Shown here piece after piece: positions 1 through 14,062 of a stretch of DNA of 37,599 nt (position 1 is its first letter; each line of letters opens with the position of its first letter). A program made the position numbers and the translations under genes. Under the pieces are notes generated by a model. The model saw only the letters and a program-made list of their open reading frames with translations, was not told the origin of the DNA and ran no database searches. Location of the stretch: contig KZ538212.1 in the NCBI GenBank assembly GCA_000934665.2, positions 62,001 to 99,599 of the forward strand, written 5' to 3'. This DNA comes from Catajapyx aquilonaris. Lineage: Eukaryota.

Positions 1-230
1 GAAGAAACTTCAGATTACTTATTGCTTCGTCCTCTCTTCCCCCTCCCCAAAAAATCAGCCTCCAAATGGATTACAAGGGTAGTTCGTGGGGACCATAAAA
101 TGTATAATTATACACAGCACGTCGACTTGTATCGCACCCAAGGAGACACTTTTTGTCCTCCACTCCAAACTATGCCCTGATGGCGATTGCTTATTTTTAT
201 GCGCCGTGAAATAAATTCACCTGGCATTTG

Positions 231-249
231 TGCTGCTGCTGCTGCTGCT
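231..249. repeat. (TGC)6 microsatellite
   Basis: Direct reading: tgctgctgctgctgctgct. Confidence 0.85.
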
Positions 250-3200
250 ACACCGGTCTAATTATCTGGCCCATAGATAAAAGTAGGCCATTACATAGCG
301 CTAATTGGATAATGGCCATGTGCTGCCTGCCATTTCGGATCAAAGCCAATTAAAAAGTTTACTCATATTATAGGGTGTGGTGGTACATATAGCCGATACG
401 GTCGCCGTACTGTCCGGTTCTTGGGTTCGAACCTGGTACTGCTCATGGAGAAAAAAAAGGGCAGTGCAAAAAATTTTTTTTGTCATTTGACATGTACCCT
501 GCTCAATTTGATTCATAGCCTATAAGCCACGGGTTTTACCAGTCCTCCAGTTGTGTCCAGGACCACAGATGGGAAGGCTTTCGGTGAGTGATTTGCACAT
601 TAATTCGCTCTAAGTACTGTACCAGGCAGATTTAATTTCATGAGGTTAAAACGTCATCTTTATTTGGTATATATTCAGAAGAACTGTTATTAGTTACATA
701 ACCAAAACGCGCTTTTGATGGTTGTGCTTGTTAGTGTCAGTTTTGCATTACGACAACCATTGCCATTATATTTTACCCATGCACAGACGTTGGGTTATCA
801 TACACAAGAACTAGTTCCAGTAAGCATTTTTGCTCACAAGAGAATGCATGTGGTGAAATGCAACGAGCGAGCGCACTATTATTTCTTCTAATCTCGACTG
901 GCAATCTACAGAGGTGCTCTCTGATGCTGCAAGGACAATTGTTGTATAATGCATCATAATCCGCTTAATCGCATATGTCAGCGCAATGTTACACTTATAT
1001 ATACCTGCAGCATAATAAATTGCAAGAGGCCGCATAATTCATCATCGTGATTACACAGAAGTGTCTGAAAATTTGAACAAGTACTGATTGTTACGAGGTC
1101 CTTTTTAACCACAGCAAACTGATGGAGGGGGCTCCTTGCGGTGCAGAGGAAAACCTGTTTAAAGACTTTTTCCATCTGCACACAAGCCCATAAAGATGCG
1201 GCCGATTCAAAACATGAAGTTAATTCTCCGAGTTACCCGCTAATTGGACAATCCCGCACACTTGCTCCGACTGCATTATGGGGATTTATTTGATAGAAGC
1301 ATGGATTTAAGGGGTGATGTGTGGACGTCCGCCTATAAAAATCCTATCCGGTCCATTCACAGTCTTCAGCCTTGAGAGAGAGTGAATATAAGAGATGGGC
1401 AGGCAGCCTTTCCTTCATACATTAACCTACCGGAGTTTGGGGATTGGACGCGCCAGGAGGTCCACGTCACTCATGACACCCAAGGGTCATACCTATACAC
1501 ACACGAAACCGGGTTCCTTGCCCAATTTTTTATTCCTCTTCCTCGCTTTCAACGGGGATGTGTCATACACATAATATACAAACCTGCACTTTGCAGAAGG
1601 CCGCACTATAAGCTCCATTGTCACTATTTCTGGCAGTTATGTAATCAAATTAAATCACGATTCACTCTGTAGGGGAATCACTTGCGGATACATTGCTCAA
1701 TGGCGAAATTGAATCTTTTGTTTTGCACAGAGTATGTATAGAAATCGACGCCAACATTTCTTGCTAACATTGCATATAAAGTTATGCAAGTTATACTCGC
1801 GGCTTGGAGGACACATCTTTCTTGCAGTGATATCAATTTTGCGCGATTTCATGGCAGTTGTGGCATCATCAGAGTGAGAAAAACTGCAAAACTGAAGATA
1901 TTGTTTTTAAAAAAATGGTGGAAAAAATACGAAAATATTGATATTATTAGTAGGCCTAATCAACATAGAAGACTCAAAATGAGAACATAAATCCTTACGG
2001 ACCATAGTTTATGCCAAATCCTGGCTCCGAAATGTACTTCAGTTATTATATTAAATATTTCATGCTGTGGAAAATATTGGATGGCGATATTTTCTCATCA
2101 CGTTTGAGCTATTTTCGGTAAAAAAAATTTAATAGCAATCGCAGAACACAATCATTCATATTTTCAGTGAATTGGATTCCCACATGGAGTGAAAACCATA
2201 TTCAAAAAGGTGTTAATGCGTGGTCAGACTATTGAGTGTGTGACGGTAGGAAAGTTATTATGGGGTAAAAAAATTATTACAAATATTGTCGGTCCAATTT
2301 TTCCAGCCTCAACTTTCATTGCATAATTGAATTTTTCGTTAAGTATTTGTGTACTGAAAACGCAGCTGCTGGTAAGTATTTTTATCACCACTTATAGTTT
2401 GCACAAGTTGCCATAAAATTATAAGATGAGAATAATTGTCAGCATCACGTAACATGATTTAGCCTGTGTCTCCTTTTTTCTCGCCTCATTAATATATCAA
2501 TGCTCAAGGTGATTTGCGTCACCTGCACTTCCGCTCTTTAAGGAATAACTGCGGCTATGTTTATAAATGCCTTGAAACAAAACGCAATCCTTCAATACAG
2601 TTTACAGATGTAATAACATATCTTTGAATTGTTATATATGGCTGCAACGGATTTTTTGAAAAGCACCCAGCCATTTTTTCACTCCTGCCATTATCTAACC
2701 CCTTGTTAAGCATCACCTTGCATCATTTTATCTCAGGTACGTGTGAAGTCAGCTTGGATCAGGTGCATATATGCTCTTCTGCCGACATGTTCACAGTGTA
2801 GTCAGACAATAGTCAAAGTCCACGTATATTGTTCACCCCAGCAATCACATTTAAAAAAACAACAAGCATACATCCCGATGAATCTCCAATGTGCAGTATA
2901 TACATAAGCCTCCGTTTCATGGCGAGGCGACACTTTGATAGACTCAAACCGGTCTTGTGTGCATGACATGAGTCCTTGATGCGTCTTTTTTTTCTTCTTC
3001 TTCCTTCCCTGTAAGTTGTCTCTCACGTGGTGTCACTTGAGGTAACAGTACCGTCTGCTGTTTTATTATTCATACCCTGAGAGAGTGTGACCCCATAGAG
3101 TGCAAAGGCGTCCTTTTTCTTTCTCTTGGACAGCACCTGATCAGAATGCGACACTCGCCCCCCTTTTTGTCGCACGCAGATGGCAAAGTCATTCGCACCA

Positions 3201-4995
3201 CAATTAATCCAACCACAGGTCATTACCACTAGGGGCAGGTCATATATGACCAGTACGTTTTAAATTTTAAATTAAAAAATATTGTGTTTTGATAATGTTG
3301 GCGCACTGAAGTGTGTGAGTCATGATTCGGTCGAGTGTTTGCTTTTCCCACTTAGGGAGCGACACTTTGCCTCTTTTTGTCACCGCACCTTCCTTGACAC
3401 AACATGCGACCCGGATGTGTGTACTTACAACAGACATCACATTGTTCCCGACTGATACACAGGGTGGTTCATTGTCCTAACAGAGAGGGGGACAAGTTGT
3501 TTACCCTATATAGCAAAAATGGGCATGAAAGTCGTTGGGGCGAACAGTTCACCTCGTTTTGGATGGACTTGGTCAGTTAACCTGAAATGAAAAATTGCGT
3601 AATGTATCAGTTTATTTGTTAAAATGTTTGGCATATTTGGCGCAGACAAAGCGGCCGTGGTTTTTTGAAAGGGCCAAAAAAAACTGGGCATGAAAACAAT
3701 AGTTTGAATGGAGTACAGGCATATATACTGTGGGTATGACCACAAATCATTTCCTATACCTTACAGATGAACTGTTGCATTATGAACCGGAAGTTTAAAG
3801 AGACAGAATGCCGCGGTATGTTTCCAATCGCAAACAGTCATACTCACATAATGGTAATTGTGATGTGAAACCGCACGTAAAACTCAGCACTGCAAGTTCA
3901 AATTTGCAATGTACATATTTTTTTTTTGGTGGTGTAGGGACCAAGTTACATAATATGGAGCGTTCGTTACACATTTACAATGAGCACTTAACGAGCTGGC
4001 AAATTTTTTTAAAACAAATCTATCCGCCTGAATTTATGGCCAGTTGCAATCAACACAAATTTGGCAAAAATTTTCTCCAGGTCAACCTGGGTGAGGTCAT
4101 TCGCGAGATGACTCGTGTCACATTTATGCATACCGGAAGTCTCTGGTTCTATGAATGATGATTCGCACATGCGACAACACAGGTTACTCCGCAGGTGGGC
4201 AATAATCGAGTGACCTCATCCGACCAGTTTATGTGACATCATATCTTCAGAAGGGGTCAGGGTCGAAAAGTCTTTTCCTCTGGCATTTTCGCTAATAATT
4301 TTTTTTTGTGTGCTAATTCCAGACCGGAAATCTGTTTGGACAATATGTTGTGTAACCATGCGAAGTTAAATGGGTGCGGTCACGTCGTCGCGCACCTGCT
4401 AATGAGACGAAAAAGATCCGGTCGGATCCGGCTGGATGACGAATACCTTCCGGGTTTGATGTTTCTTTCAGTTGAAAAAGACGACACATACATAAGGTGC
4501 TGGAGGCGTCGGAAAATTTTTTTGAAGGCAAAGTTTGGCCAAGCGATTCGGTTCAGCCGGAATGACCAAGCCGACGTGTCATTTTTGGCAATTTTTTCGC
4601 AACAAAATCTTTTGATCGTTGAACGGGTGAGCAATAGCATGAAACTCCTTTTTCGCATGTCCTTCCTTTCAATATATATATTTTTTTGCCAATCTTGAAC
4701 CCGGCCGGTCGTATCCTTTAAACTCCGTAGTCAGTCAGGCTCCGATGGTTCCGATTGGCTCTTAATTAGCTGGGAGGGAAGAAGCTTCTCGCTCGCTCAC
4801 TTCCAAGCCTCAAGTCCATCGGTGGTTTGAAGGAGGTAATTGCACACAGAGATTGTGACTATGTGGTAGTGGGGGGGGGAAAGTCCCTTCGGAAAACGCG
4901 CATTTTGGCGTGACAAGCGGAACGTAACTCGAAGTGCATGCTCTGTTGATGGGTACAGTGGCCGACCGTTGATAGACATCGATATCTACACTCTA

Positions 4996-5097
4996 CAGGG
5001 TGCTACAGCAACATCTCGTAATTTGCTAATAAAAACAATCCTTTTTTTGACACCAGGGTTTCCATATACGGTGATTTTTGGTTTAGTGATCACCCTG
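4996..5097. mobile_element. Short Tc1/mariner-type MITE or remnant
   Basis: TA|CAGGGTG ... CACCCTG|TA: a 7-bp inverted terminus with TA on both sides, the same terminus as the 7861 element. Confidence 0.5.
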
Positions 5098-7860
5098 TAC
5101 TTGGGAGGGTGGTTGAGGAGGAGGGGTTCTCACGTACACTTTAACTCTTCCTCCGCTCGTTTCGACAGAGCACGCTTTTCTGACCCTTTTTCTTCTGTGG
5201 GAAAGTCAGGATGGAAGGTCACCCGACATCCACACAAAAAAATATATGTATGGAGAGGAAGGCAGGAGGTTTACAGAAGTAAAAATCAAGTCATTTTTAC
5301 CATGCTTTTTTGTCACGGGGTTGGGTGTGAAATCGGTGATAAACGCGGGTTGTTTTGTGCACCAGAAAAAAAAGCGACGTGTACTAATTGGATGTATAGG
5401 ACTCAATATTTGGTGATGTAAGTTGTTACGAAGGCTGTGATTCGTAATGTAATTTTTGCACTTACCAGTATAGTTTGAAATTTTTGCAACGAGCTTTTGC
5501 AACGAGGAAGGTCGTATTACATGAATTCAAATGGACTGAATTTTTTTTTCTTCTCTTGTGTTTTTTTTCTTCTTCTCGAACATGCTGGACGTTACTGGAC
5601 AGCTTCCCACACCTGCTGGCCCAAACGATCCGTGCACATCATGTGATAATAATTAACCCCTCGTGTGTGTTAGCAAGTTCCAGTTTTCTCTGTGTTGATC
5701 ACCCCCACTGGATGATTGGGCCTTAAAAACGCAATTGAACAGGTCTATAATAATGGTAGCCTGATGAGAACTGGGATGACCTGCTAATGAAGGAGACGAG
5801 TGTTTGTGTGTGGTGTAATCATGTAAAACTGGCCAAGGTGCTGGGGGTGGCGTGACGCTCATTTTTTTTTGAATTTTTCAAAACAATTTTTTGGAAGGTT
5901 GGTTGGTGCCCCTTTTTGGCTTACCACCTTGCACCGGATGGGTTCTTCTCCTTCATCCTGATGGTGGTGCTGCTGCCATGATGCACCCTCTTCATCTTGG
6001 GTCTCCTCCCCCGAAACATGCGAGCGACATGAAACGCCAGCGACACTATCTCGGCTCGAGAACAAGCTTGTGCCCTGGGGGGTCACGCAGCCCCCGCCGC
6101 TTAATTACGCTCTTCAGGTCAGCACTGCCCCGGTCGGTGGGGGGTACCAAAGTTGGAAGAAGAAGAAGAAGAAAAAAAAATAGGCAGCTGGAGAAGAGGG
6201 GGATAGATGATGCTCCTCCTCGAAGGACGACCGCCTCTCGGGTCACCTCTGGTCATCCCAAGGGCTATTCCACACTTTGGCTTCGTTTTAGGGATGATAC
6301 ATATATCAAAGGGACTGATCATGTGTATTGAAAGGGCAGGTAGTCATTTTCGTGTTTGTTGCAGTTCGCAGTGAAGTATTGTTGTGGCGGCCTTGGGACA
6401 AACGGGATCGCGACCAGTTTGCTACGAAAAAACAGCCAAAAAAGCTATTATTGGCTTATAGGGACTTTTTTTTAAAAAAAATGCTCCAAAAACTTCCCCC
6501 CAGTTAGTTTTTTGCAATAATATCTGAGGCGTAAACAAAAGCTGCTGATGACTGATCTCTCTCCCTCACTTCTATTACCCTTCTACCACCACTACCTACC
6601 CACCACACCCCGATATTCCATCTTTGCACCCCCAACGGTGCCGGTGACAGCCTTCTAGCCATTAGTCATTTCACAATCACCCGAACTTGGTGGTTTTCTA
6701 TCGAGGGTAGTGGAGAGAGAGGGGGGGTCTAAAAAAGAATAAGTTACTTCGTCAGGAGAGATATCGTGCTATCGAACAACCCGGCCTTTATAGCTTCCAA
6801 GCAATGGCATGGCAAGGACGGGTCAATCTGCAAAATATTCAGAATTTTTTAGTTGGCATCATTGATGAGTATGGAAGCCTACACGAAATGGCGGCATGGT
6901 TGCTCAAAATGGCCGTCTTTTAGGCTATTTCGACCTCCCATCCGCGCCATTGGAGTAACTTGGAGCTAGTTTGAGCTGCGCCTCTTTTTCTCTACCGTCT
7001 GTGAGGCAGCAAATAAGGTTCTTCTTGTCTTCCCACGGGGCTGTGCGCGGCTGACAAGGCCTCTTGATGGAGCACTTGCCCTGGACGCCCAACTGCCACC
7101 GGGCCGCCCCAGATAAAACTTTTCGCTGGAAAATACCAGAAGCTTCGGCTATTTTCTCACACCAACCATATAAGATAAGGACCAAGCCATTTTTGCCCAT
7201 CTTCCTTTTTTTCTCTCTCTAAAATATGAAGAAGTGTGAGTGGGTGGCGTGACGTTTAAGGTGGCGTCACCCACCCGGCCCTCTCCTGGCGCCGGCTGTC
7301 ACCATGCAGGTCGCGTGCCGGAAGTGACCCCCTTCGTCTCCCCGGGCCCTCAGATATTGGCTCTGCAACCCACCCACCCACCCCCAAAACCCTCCTTCCA
7401 AAGCACCCCCCGTCCAGTTTAGATGATGGATGACCCACGCTCCCCTGCCCAGTCACCCACTGCACTCGTCCCACTATTTATTGCAGGTGGGAAAACTATC
7501 GCTGCTAGCCACTACCGTAACACTTTCATCAGACTCATTAGTTAGTCACATATATAGAACTATCATTAATCCCTGTTATTGTAACATAATTACATAATGA
7601 AGCAAAAAGTTTGTCTGTATGTCCTGGCTACCTAATCCACTTTAGGACTACTAAGAGTGCTGAAACGTGGCACACTGATGGCTTATTGAGGGAAAACCTT
7701 TTGAGCCCTAATATCCCAAATTTGGGAACTTTCTTCTGCACCTGTGAGGCCATTCCGGCTAGTTTTGTGTAAGCGGTTGAGAAGGAAATCAGTAGATGGC
7801 GCATGCTGCTCCTTCCTGAAATTTTGGAGCTGCACGACATGGCGGAGACAAGTTAGTATA

Positions 7861-8118
7861 CAGGGTGGGTGTTAATCCTAAGCGTGTCACCAGAAAAGGT
7901 GGTGGTAGAGGGTGCAGGTGTGAGCATTTTTGCATAAGGAACTAGGTGTCGGAAACTCACCCTCACCGAGTCACTCCGCCGCGTGCCTGCCGCAAACTTG
8001 ACAGGGGCGTAACTCGGTGAGGGTGCGTTTCCGACCCCTAGTTCCTTATGCAAAAATGCTCACACCTGCGCCCTCTACCACCACCTTTTCTGGTGACACG
8101 CTTAGGATTAACACCCTG
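7861..8118. mobile_element. Palindromic Tc1/mariner-type MITE (258 bp)
   Basis: Near-perfect inverted arms of ~110 bp (gtgttaatcctaagcgtgtcaccagaaaaggtggtggtagaggg... versus ...ccctctaccaccaccttttctggtgacacgcttaggattaacac), CAGGGTG termini, TA at 7859-7860 and 8119-8120. Confidence 0.85.
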
Positions 8119-9021
8119 TAGATTGGCATGCGCCTTTGTTTGTCCAGGGTGATTCATCTGCTAACCGTCACACGACCCTGAGAGTGGCGGTAGTGTGCAG
8201 ATGCGCCATCTATGTGAGGGATATGGCACTCCTTGCCAATAATGGTTTGCGTCTAAACGTGCTCTTTTAGTTTATAGGTAGGAATTGGAGAGTGTGTAGC
8301 CAGAGTAGTATAAACAGAGTGAGGGTCGTGGGTCCCCGGTGCTCATCCATCATAGTGGTGCTTGTCAATCTGTCTCGAGACGATGTCAGCAGCGTCTTCA
8401 CTTGCCCCTTTTTTCCGGGCAATTAGGACCCTTTGGGCGTCACAACAGCCGGCGCGTTTTGCTTTTGCTTTCTTTTTTGGGGGAGAAGGGGGGGACTTGG
8501 CCCTCAGCACGTGACACGCCAGACGCGCATTGACACTCGTCATCATGGAGGCCTTGTCCGATCCATCATCGCTCAGGACGCGGGTCTTTACAGTGTCGGA
8601 AAACCAGATCAAACGTTGTGAACCGGGGGGACTCATTTGGAAGTACAGGGTGTATAAGCCAGATGCGCGCAATATTGCAAAGAACCACAAAAAAGAGAAG
8701 AGTCGTGCAGGGGTGTTTCAGTTTTTATTTTGACATGAAGCAGGTCTGCTGGGTTGGAAAAAAAAAAGAAATGAGCCGGAGACTGTGCCCTCCCAGCATC
8801 CCTGGCGGCCACTCCATCACCAGCAAAACCTTGCTTCGGAACAGCCCCCGGGAGTTTCAGCCGGCTAATAACTACCTGCCACCTAAACCAGCGCAACCAT
8901 CTCTTGGAGGAGAGGTGGAAGAAGGAGGGAAGGTCGGAAAAGGTCTGGGGGGGAAGACGGTATGTAGAAGCAAAGAAATTACCTGCAGTACAAATCTATG
9001 GAATGTCCTGGTACTCACTTA

Positions 9022-9107
9022 TGCGCATGCGCGACCCGTGGTGACGCCATTTTTGAATCACGTGACGACCATTCCCGCCATTTTGTTTGAGCCACCAGCC
9101 ATTTTCT
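9022..9107. promoter_or_regulatory. Promoter-like motif cluster (NRF1-type, E-box, YY1-type)
   Basis: TGCGCATGCGC at 9022, CACGTGAC near 9059 and three GCCATTTT motifs (~9046, 9078, 9098) within 90 bp. Motif matches only. Confidence 0.35.
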
Positions 9108-10650
9108 CATTCATTATTGGCAGCAATTTTATGAGTGTCCACATGATTAGCCAGTGACCTTCTCATAAAATACCGGACATATTTTCCTATCGCTAAGATT
9201 TGGAGATAAACACTGAAGCCTGTATCTCCGATCAGGGCCCTGCTGGACAAGGGGGTTAAAAAAAGTGTTGGAAAAAGACTTGGCGACTGGGAGCTGGAGG
9301 AGGGCGAGAGTGGACGGACAGGTTGGCTTCGGGTAAGGTCACCTGGGTCATCCGGCTCCAATCTCTTTTTCTCTCCCCCCCATTCCCCCCCACCCACCCA
9401 CCCTCATTGGCGCGCCTCTGAAACAAAGGCGTGCCCCGTTGTTTTGGGCTAGTTGACAGCGATCCAATTTTGGGAAACATTTTTTTTCTTCCCGAGGTAG
9501 GTAGACCATTTTCAGGGAGGTGGGAACGTGTGAAAGGAGTGTTTCTCTGCTGACGTCACATTATTGCTAGGGTCACACCGTGACCACCGCTTCTTGACGG
9601 GGGTATGAGGAGTGTGCTACTCATGTAGGCAGTGGAACTAATCCTGACGGCCCGATCAGGGTGGTAGTTGTCAGCACATGAATTTTATTTTTTTGTATAG
9701 TTTGCGGGCTACAGGGTGTTCCGGGGGGAAAAAAATAATGAGGAAAAATTGGCTAATTATCGATTAGGGTGTCAATCCACAGTTATGTATAGGATAAGTG
9801 GTGCTATATAAAGTGGGGGGGGGGGGGCAATCTCAAGGTCAGCGGGGGTCGGGTTACTCTTATCGCTGTCGGCCTCATATGATGGATTCCGAGCCGAAGA
9901 GAGGGGTGGAGGACACGGCCGGCTTGCGTGACCCTTATGTGACAGGGGGTCATTATTACGTCAGGTTTGGATCCCAAAAACCTGCCCTCCCCCTTATCCC
10001 CCCTACTCTCCACTCCTCCAATTCTCGAGCCCCGCCCCACAGCGTCAGAAGAATTTCCACAAAGACCGGTTGGGTGTCAAGATCTGGTCTCCTGTATATA
10101 TACTGGAGGTGTTGCCCTCTGCGAGGTCACCCAGGGTGCCAGAATGGGTGCTGCAAGGGACACACTGCGATTAGAAATAATCGGAGAATTGTTGAGTCAC
10201 CCTGTATAACATCGGAAGAAGAAAACTAGTTCTAGTTCAATCACGGTTCAATTTCGGAGAAGAATCATCGAGGTGATAAATTAGGCGGGAAAAACAACCA
10301 TTTTTTGGGGGGGTACAATCCGGGTCAAAAAGTTTCCGACAGTTGTTTCAAAGTCCGATAAAATATGGGCCCGCAAAACGTGTTCTAATCAGCGTTTGGC
10401 CTTTTCTTTGCACTTGTAGCCCCCACCGATTGATTGATTGCGTGCAATTACGAGTAATTACATGCAACTAGACCCCAATTATCATTACTTGACAGATGCG
10501 TTTGTAATTCATGAAAGTCTGGTTGCTCTTCCTATTGCTATGGCTATTTAGTTATTTCACTTTTTTTGTGTGTGTGTTGCTCTGACTCACTCTAGATAAT
10601 TTGTTTGTGGATTGGGCCCCGTCGATAAAAATCTGCGCTCGAGTTCGGAA

Positions 10651-10848
10651 TAGGTTGCCAGATGCACAAATCTTATATTTTTGTATATTTCTTTAAATTA
10701 AAATTTTTTAACCGTTCTGGCACACGGGGGGATTCGGCGTAATGAATTTTAATGGAGGGGTTTGTTTGAAACCGGCCTGCTGGTAGTCATTGACATTTAC
10801 ATACTTTTGCAGATTGGAAAGCGATTGCGCCTCGCATCTGGCAACCCT
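10651..10848. mobile_element. MITE-like element with (G)GGTTGCCAGATGC inverted termini
   Basis: aggttgccagatgc at 10652 and gcatctggcaaccct at 10834-10848 are reverse complements apart from one extra C. No clean target-site duplication seen. Confidence 0.45.
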
Positions 10849-12599
10849 CGCAGCAGCAGCTCGAGTTCAATTTGGGACATTAGAATTGTACACATTTTTG
10901 CGGGCTATATACAGATCGGTGCGGTTAGCTGCAGTCGAGATGAATGTGATCGTAATTGACTGGAGTCATTTGTGACGCTGCTGCCCTTTTCCGTTTGACA
11001 CAGTTCGTCCCCCCCCCCCTCCGTCCGTCCAACCGAGTTTTGGCTTATCCAATCGCATCAGAGTCATGGAGGCAAAGATGTCGATTAATCATCGGGATGG
11101 CACTTATTCCGAGTGACCAGCCGGACCCATCTTCCTCCCAAGGAAATGCCCTCTCCCAAAGTCATTTGTCTTTTTTGGGGGGGAAGAAGAGGGAGCCTCC
11201 AATAGTCCCCCCCCCCCTCTCCCACATCCTAGAAAACGCCAATATTTCAGACCCCCCCGAAGCCCAAGGCGATATGCCATGAAATCTTGATGAATTCACT
11301 TCGCTTTTGTCACAGAAGAGGCTCCATGAAAGGCTATGAAATATTGAATTTGTCTCGAGATCAAGGGGGAGAGGATGTGGTGGTGGGGGTGGTTGCCAAC
11401 CAGAGCGCTGTGAAATTATTCCATCTGACGGAACCGAGGCCATTTCGACAGTCTGAAATTTATAGCCTACATTATACGACATGTTAAAATTCATTAGTAA
11501 GATTTCTCTTATATAACTGTATAGTAGCGGAACCAGTTGTTCGCACTATTATGCAGATCCGAATTTATGGCATTGCCAATGGTAACCAAACACGGACAAA
11601 CAAACATATAGGCTGCAAACAAACAAACTTTGCCTTTCATATATGCAGATTATGTATACTGTATTCGTAGAATGCACATAATCCAAGGAAAGCAATTTCC
11701 AAGGTATTGCATAAATGTATCTCATCTCTGTCGTCGACATGACCTGTGTAGCACCCCCCCCCCCCCTCGACAAGACACCCACGCATTCATAGAGCCCGTG
11801 GGTGTTGGCAATCCTGGCTGGCGGCTGAGAGTCGGCATCCATCAAGGCGAGGCCCGGGCAAGGCCGCAGCGGTTATAAATTTATAAATCATTTCGATGGC
11901 GTTTGTCACTGTCACTGGACCGATGGGGGGATATTAATGATGCCATAGGAGGGCAGGGGAGAGAGGGGGGGTGGGGAAGGGGGTTGGTCGCACTGGGCGC
12001 TGCTGCCAGATCAGTCCACACCTAGACAAGCAACGACCGTCATCAATCCCCGCGATCCCCACGCTGTTATTAAGCAATTTTGGCATTAGGATTTTAAACG
12101 GGCAGAAATGAGATTTAATGACCCCTGTCTTTGACCAAGGAACGGGTTGAGGAGGGTGGCCAAATGACGTCCCCCTCCTTTTGAAAAAAAGAAAAAGAAA
12201 AGGAAGGTTGATGATGGGTAGTCGGAGGGGTGTATATCGTGCTCTTCCCAACGGCGTGTCTTGGAAGGAAAGTCCTTGCCCCCTAGAGCGCCAGGCCCCA
12301 GATGCCCTATGGCGCACAGAGCCCGCCATATTAATTGTAATCTGCTCTAAGAGAGGGTCGGCCTAGATTTCGCAGCAGCACCAGCCAAGCCAAGGCAGGT
12401 ATTGATTCCACCAATGGCGACTCTTCGCCACCCAAGACGTTTTCAGGGGGATGGGATCCCCACCGTCAAACCGTGTCATCATCATCATCATCCCCCCCTC
12501 TTTCACTTTTGGAACAACTCCGAAAAAAAATGATTGTGCGACCCCTTTTCCAGATTCATCTTTTGCCTTAATTTCGCCTTCCCCGCTCTTATCTCCCGA

Positions 12600-12960
12600 T
12601 TCCCTGTCTAATAACAAGACATCTTCTGCCTCATTCTCTGATTCCGGAGCCTGATCTGGCGTCTGGTTCCCCCATTTTCTTGTCCAGTTTCCTGCAGGGT
12701 TGATTAATTTTCTGATTCAGTTTGTCTTAAATTTCCTTTTCTTTCACACATTCCTTGTCTAATTCTGATATCCGGTCAGTTCCTTGTCTTACGACATCTG
12801 ATCCGTTCCTTGTCTTACGACATCTGATCCGTTCCTTGTCTTATACAGAATTTTGTCAATTCCTTGTCTTACTGATATCTGCTCAATTTCCTGTGGCTGA
12901 CTAGTTCATCTGTCCGATCCATTGCATTGGCCCGATATCTTGACTAGTTCCTTGCCTCTA
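12600..12960. repeat. 26-bp minisatellite with degenerate flanking copies
   Basis: gttccttgtcttacgacatctgatcc twice exactly (12779, 12805) plus a partial copy at 12831. Degenerate ttcc(t)tgtc cores occur from ~12600 to ~12960. Confidence 0.8.
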
Positions 12961-13816
12961 GATCCCTCTTGTAGTACTGCTTATTGGTCCTGATTCGGCG
13001 GATCATTGCAGGAGTTTAGACCCACTTCTCTCGTCTGATCCTCTCCCCCCCAACAGCCAACACTATCATGCGGTATCACTGATTCCTGGGCTGATTTTTT
13101 GACAATTTCACGCCCTCTTTCACGTCCTTTTCCACCACTTTGGACCTATCAAAGGGATCCCTAACTGTTTCTAGAGGGCGAGAGAAATTTTGGCGCACCT
13201 TTTTACAAACCCTTGGCTCTCCCAACCAACCGTCTGATCCTGATGGATAGGCCACCCTTCACGCGCCGAGACTCGAAACGTTTGAGGTTAAACTTGGGTA
13301 GGGGGCAAAGGTTGAAACTGACCTTCTCAGGGAGGGATGAAACGCTAAAGTTAAGTCTGAGCCAAAAAAGAAGAACCAAAAAAAAAATTTAATGGTGGGG
13401 GGGATAGAACAAGGGGGGGTCCACAAAGGGCTTTGAGGGTCGGGGAGGGTCCTCCCGTTGTCTTTGCCTCCCCCACCCACCCCCCAACAACACCCCAGCA
13501 GCCAAAACCGCCGACCCCCCATTCCCTCCTGGGATCCCGCTTCCCCCGAAAGATCAAAGAGGACTCGTTTCCACCCCCCTCCCCCCCTACCCGAATACGC
13601 GCCGACAGAACGTGCCCCCCAACCCACCACCCAGCTCCACACCCCCATTTATCCTCTAGTATGCCGCCACCATACTCCCAACAGACCCCATCCCAAAAAG
13701 TCGCGCAAGAAAATTTTGGATTATGAATACCCAGCAGCTATATCCATATACAACAGGTGCTGGAAATATCACACCTTCAAAAAAAATTGTTTCGGACACG
13801 CTGGAAGAAGTAACAG

Positions 13817-14020
13817 ACCTGAAGCTCAAATTAGCCTCAAAGAGAGGCGATCTTCCCTTCTCACACAAGCCGCTGCTAGTCTCACTAGTCACACTTCCAT
13901 ACTGTGATGCTCCTATATAATTATGGAAATGTACGTCTAGGAAGTGTCTAGCTTCCTTTGCACGGCCTGTACGACTCATACGAGGATCGCCTCTCTTGGA
14001 GGCTAATTTGAGATTCAGGT
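13817..14020. mobile_element. MITE-like element with ~36-bp terminal inverted repeats
   Basis: acctgaagctcaaattagcctcaaagagaggcgatc versus gatcgcctctcttggaggctaatttgagattcaggt (2 mismatches). No obvious target-site duplication. Confidence 0.7.
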
Positions 14021-14062
14021 ATACTATACCTTACTCCTTTCCGCCCAACTTTTCCAAGTCTA

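Noticed and set aside
373..440. Possible tRNA (GGTTCGAACC B-box-like sequence near 424)
   Set aside because: No consistent cloverleaf or acceptor stem; at most a degenerate tRNA-derived fragment.
500..1680. Possible minus-strand exons with plausible splice sites
   Set aside because: The translations I tried gave no recognisable or continuous reading frame.
12779..12843. CRISPR-like repeat
   Set aside because: The repeats are directly adjacent with no unique spacers, there are no cas genes, and the context is eukaryotic; it is a minisatellite.
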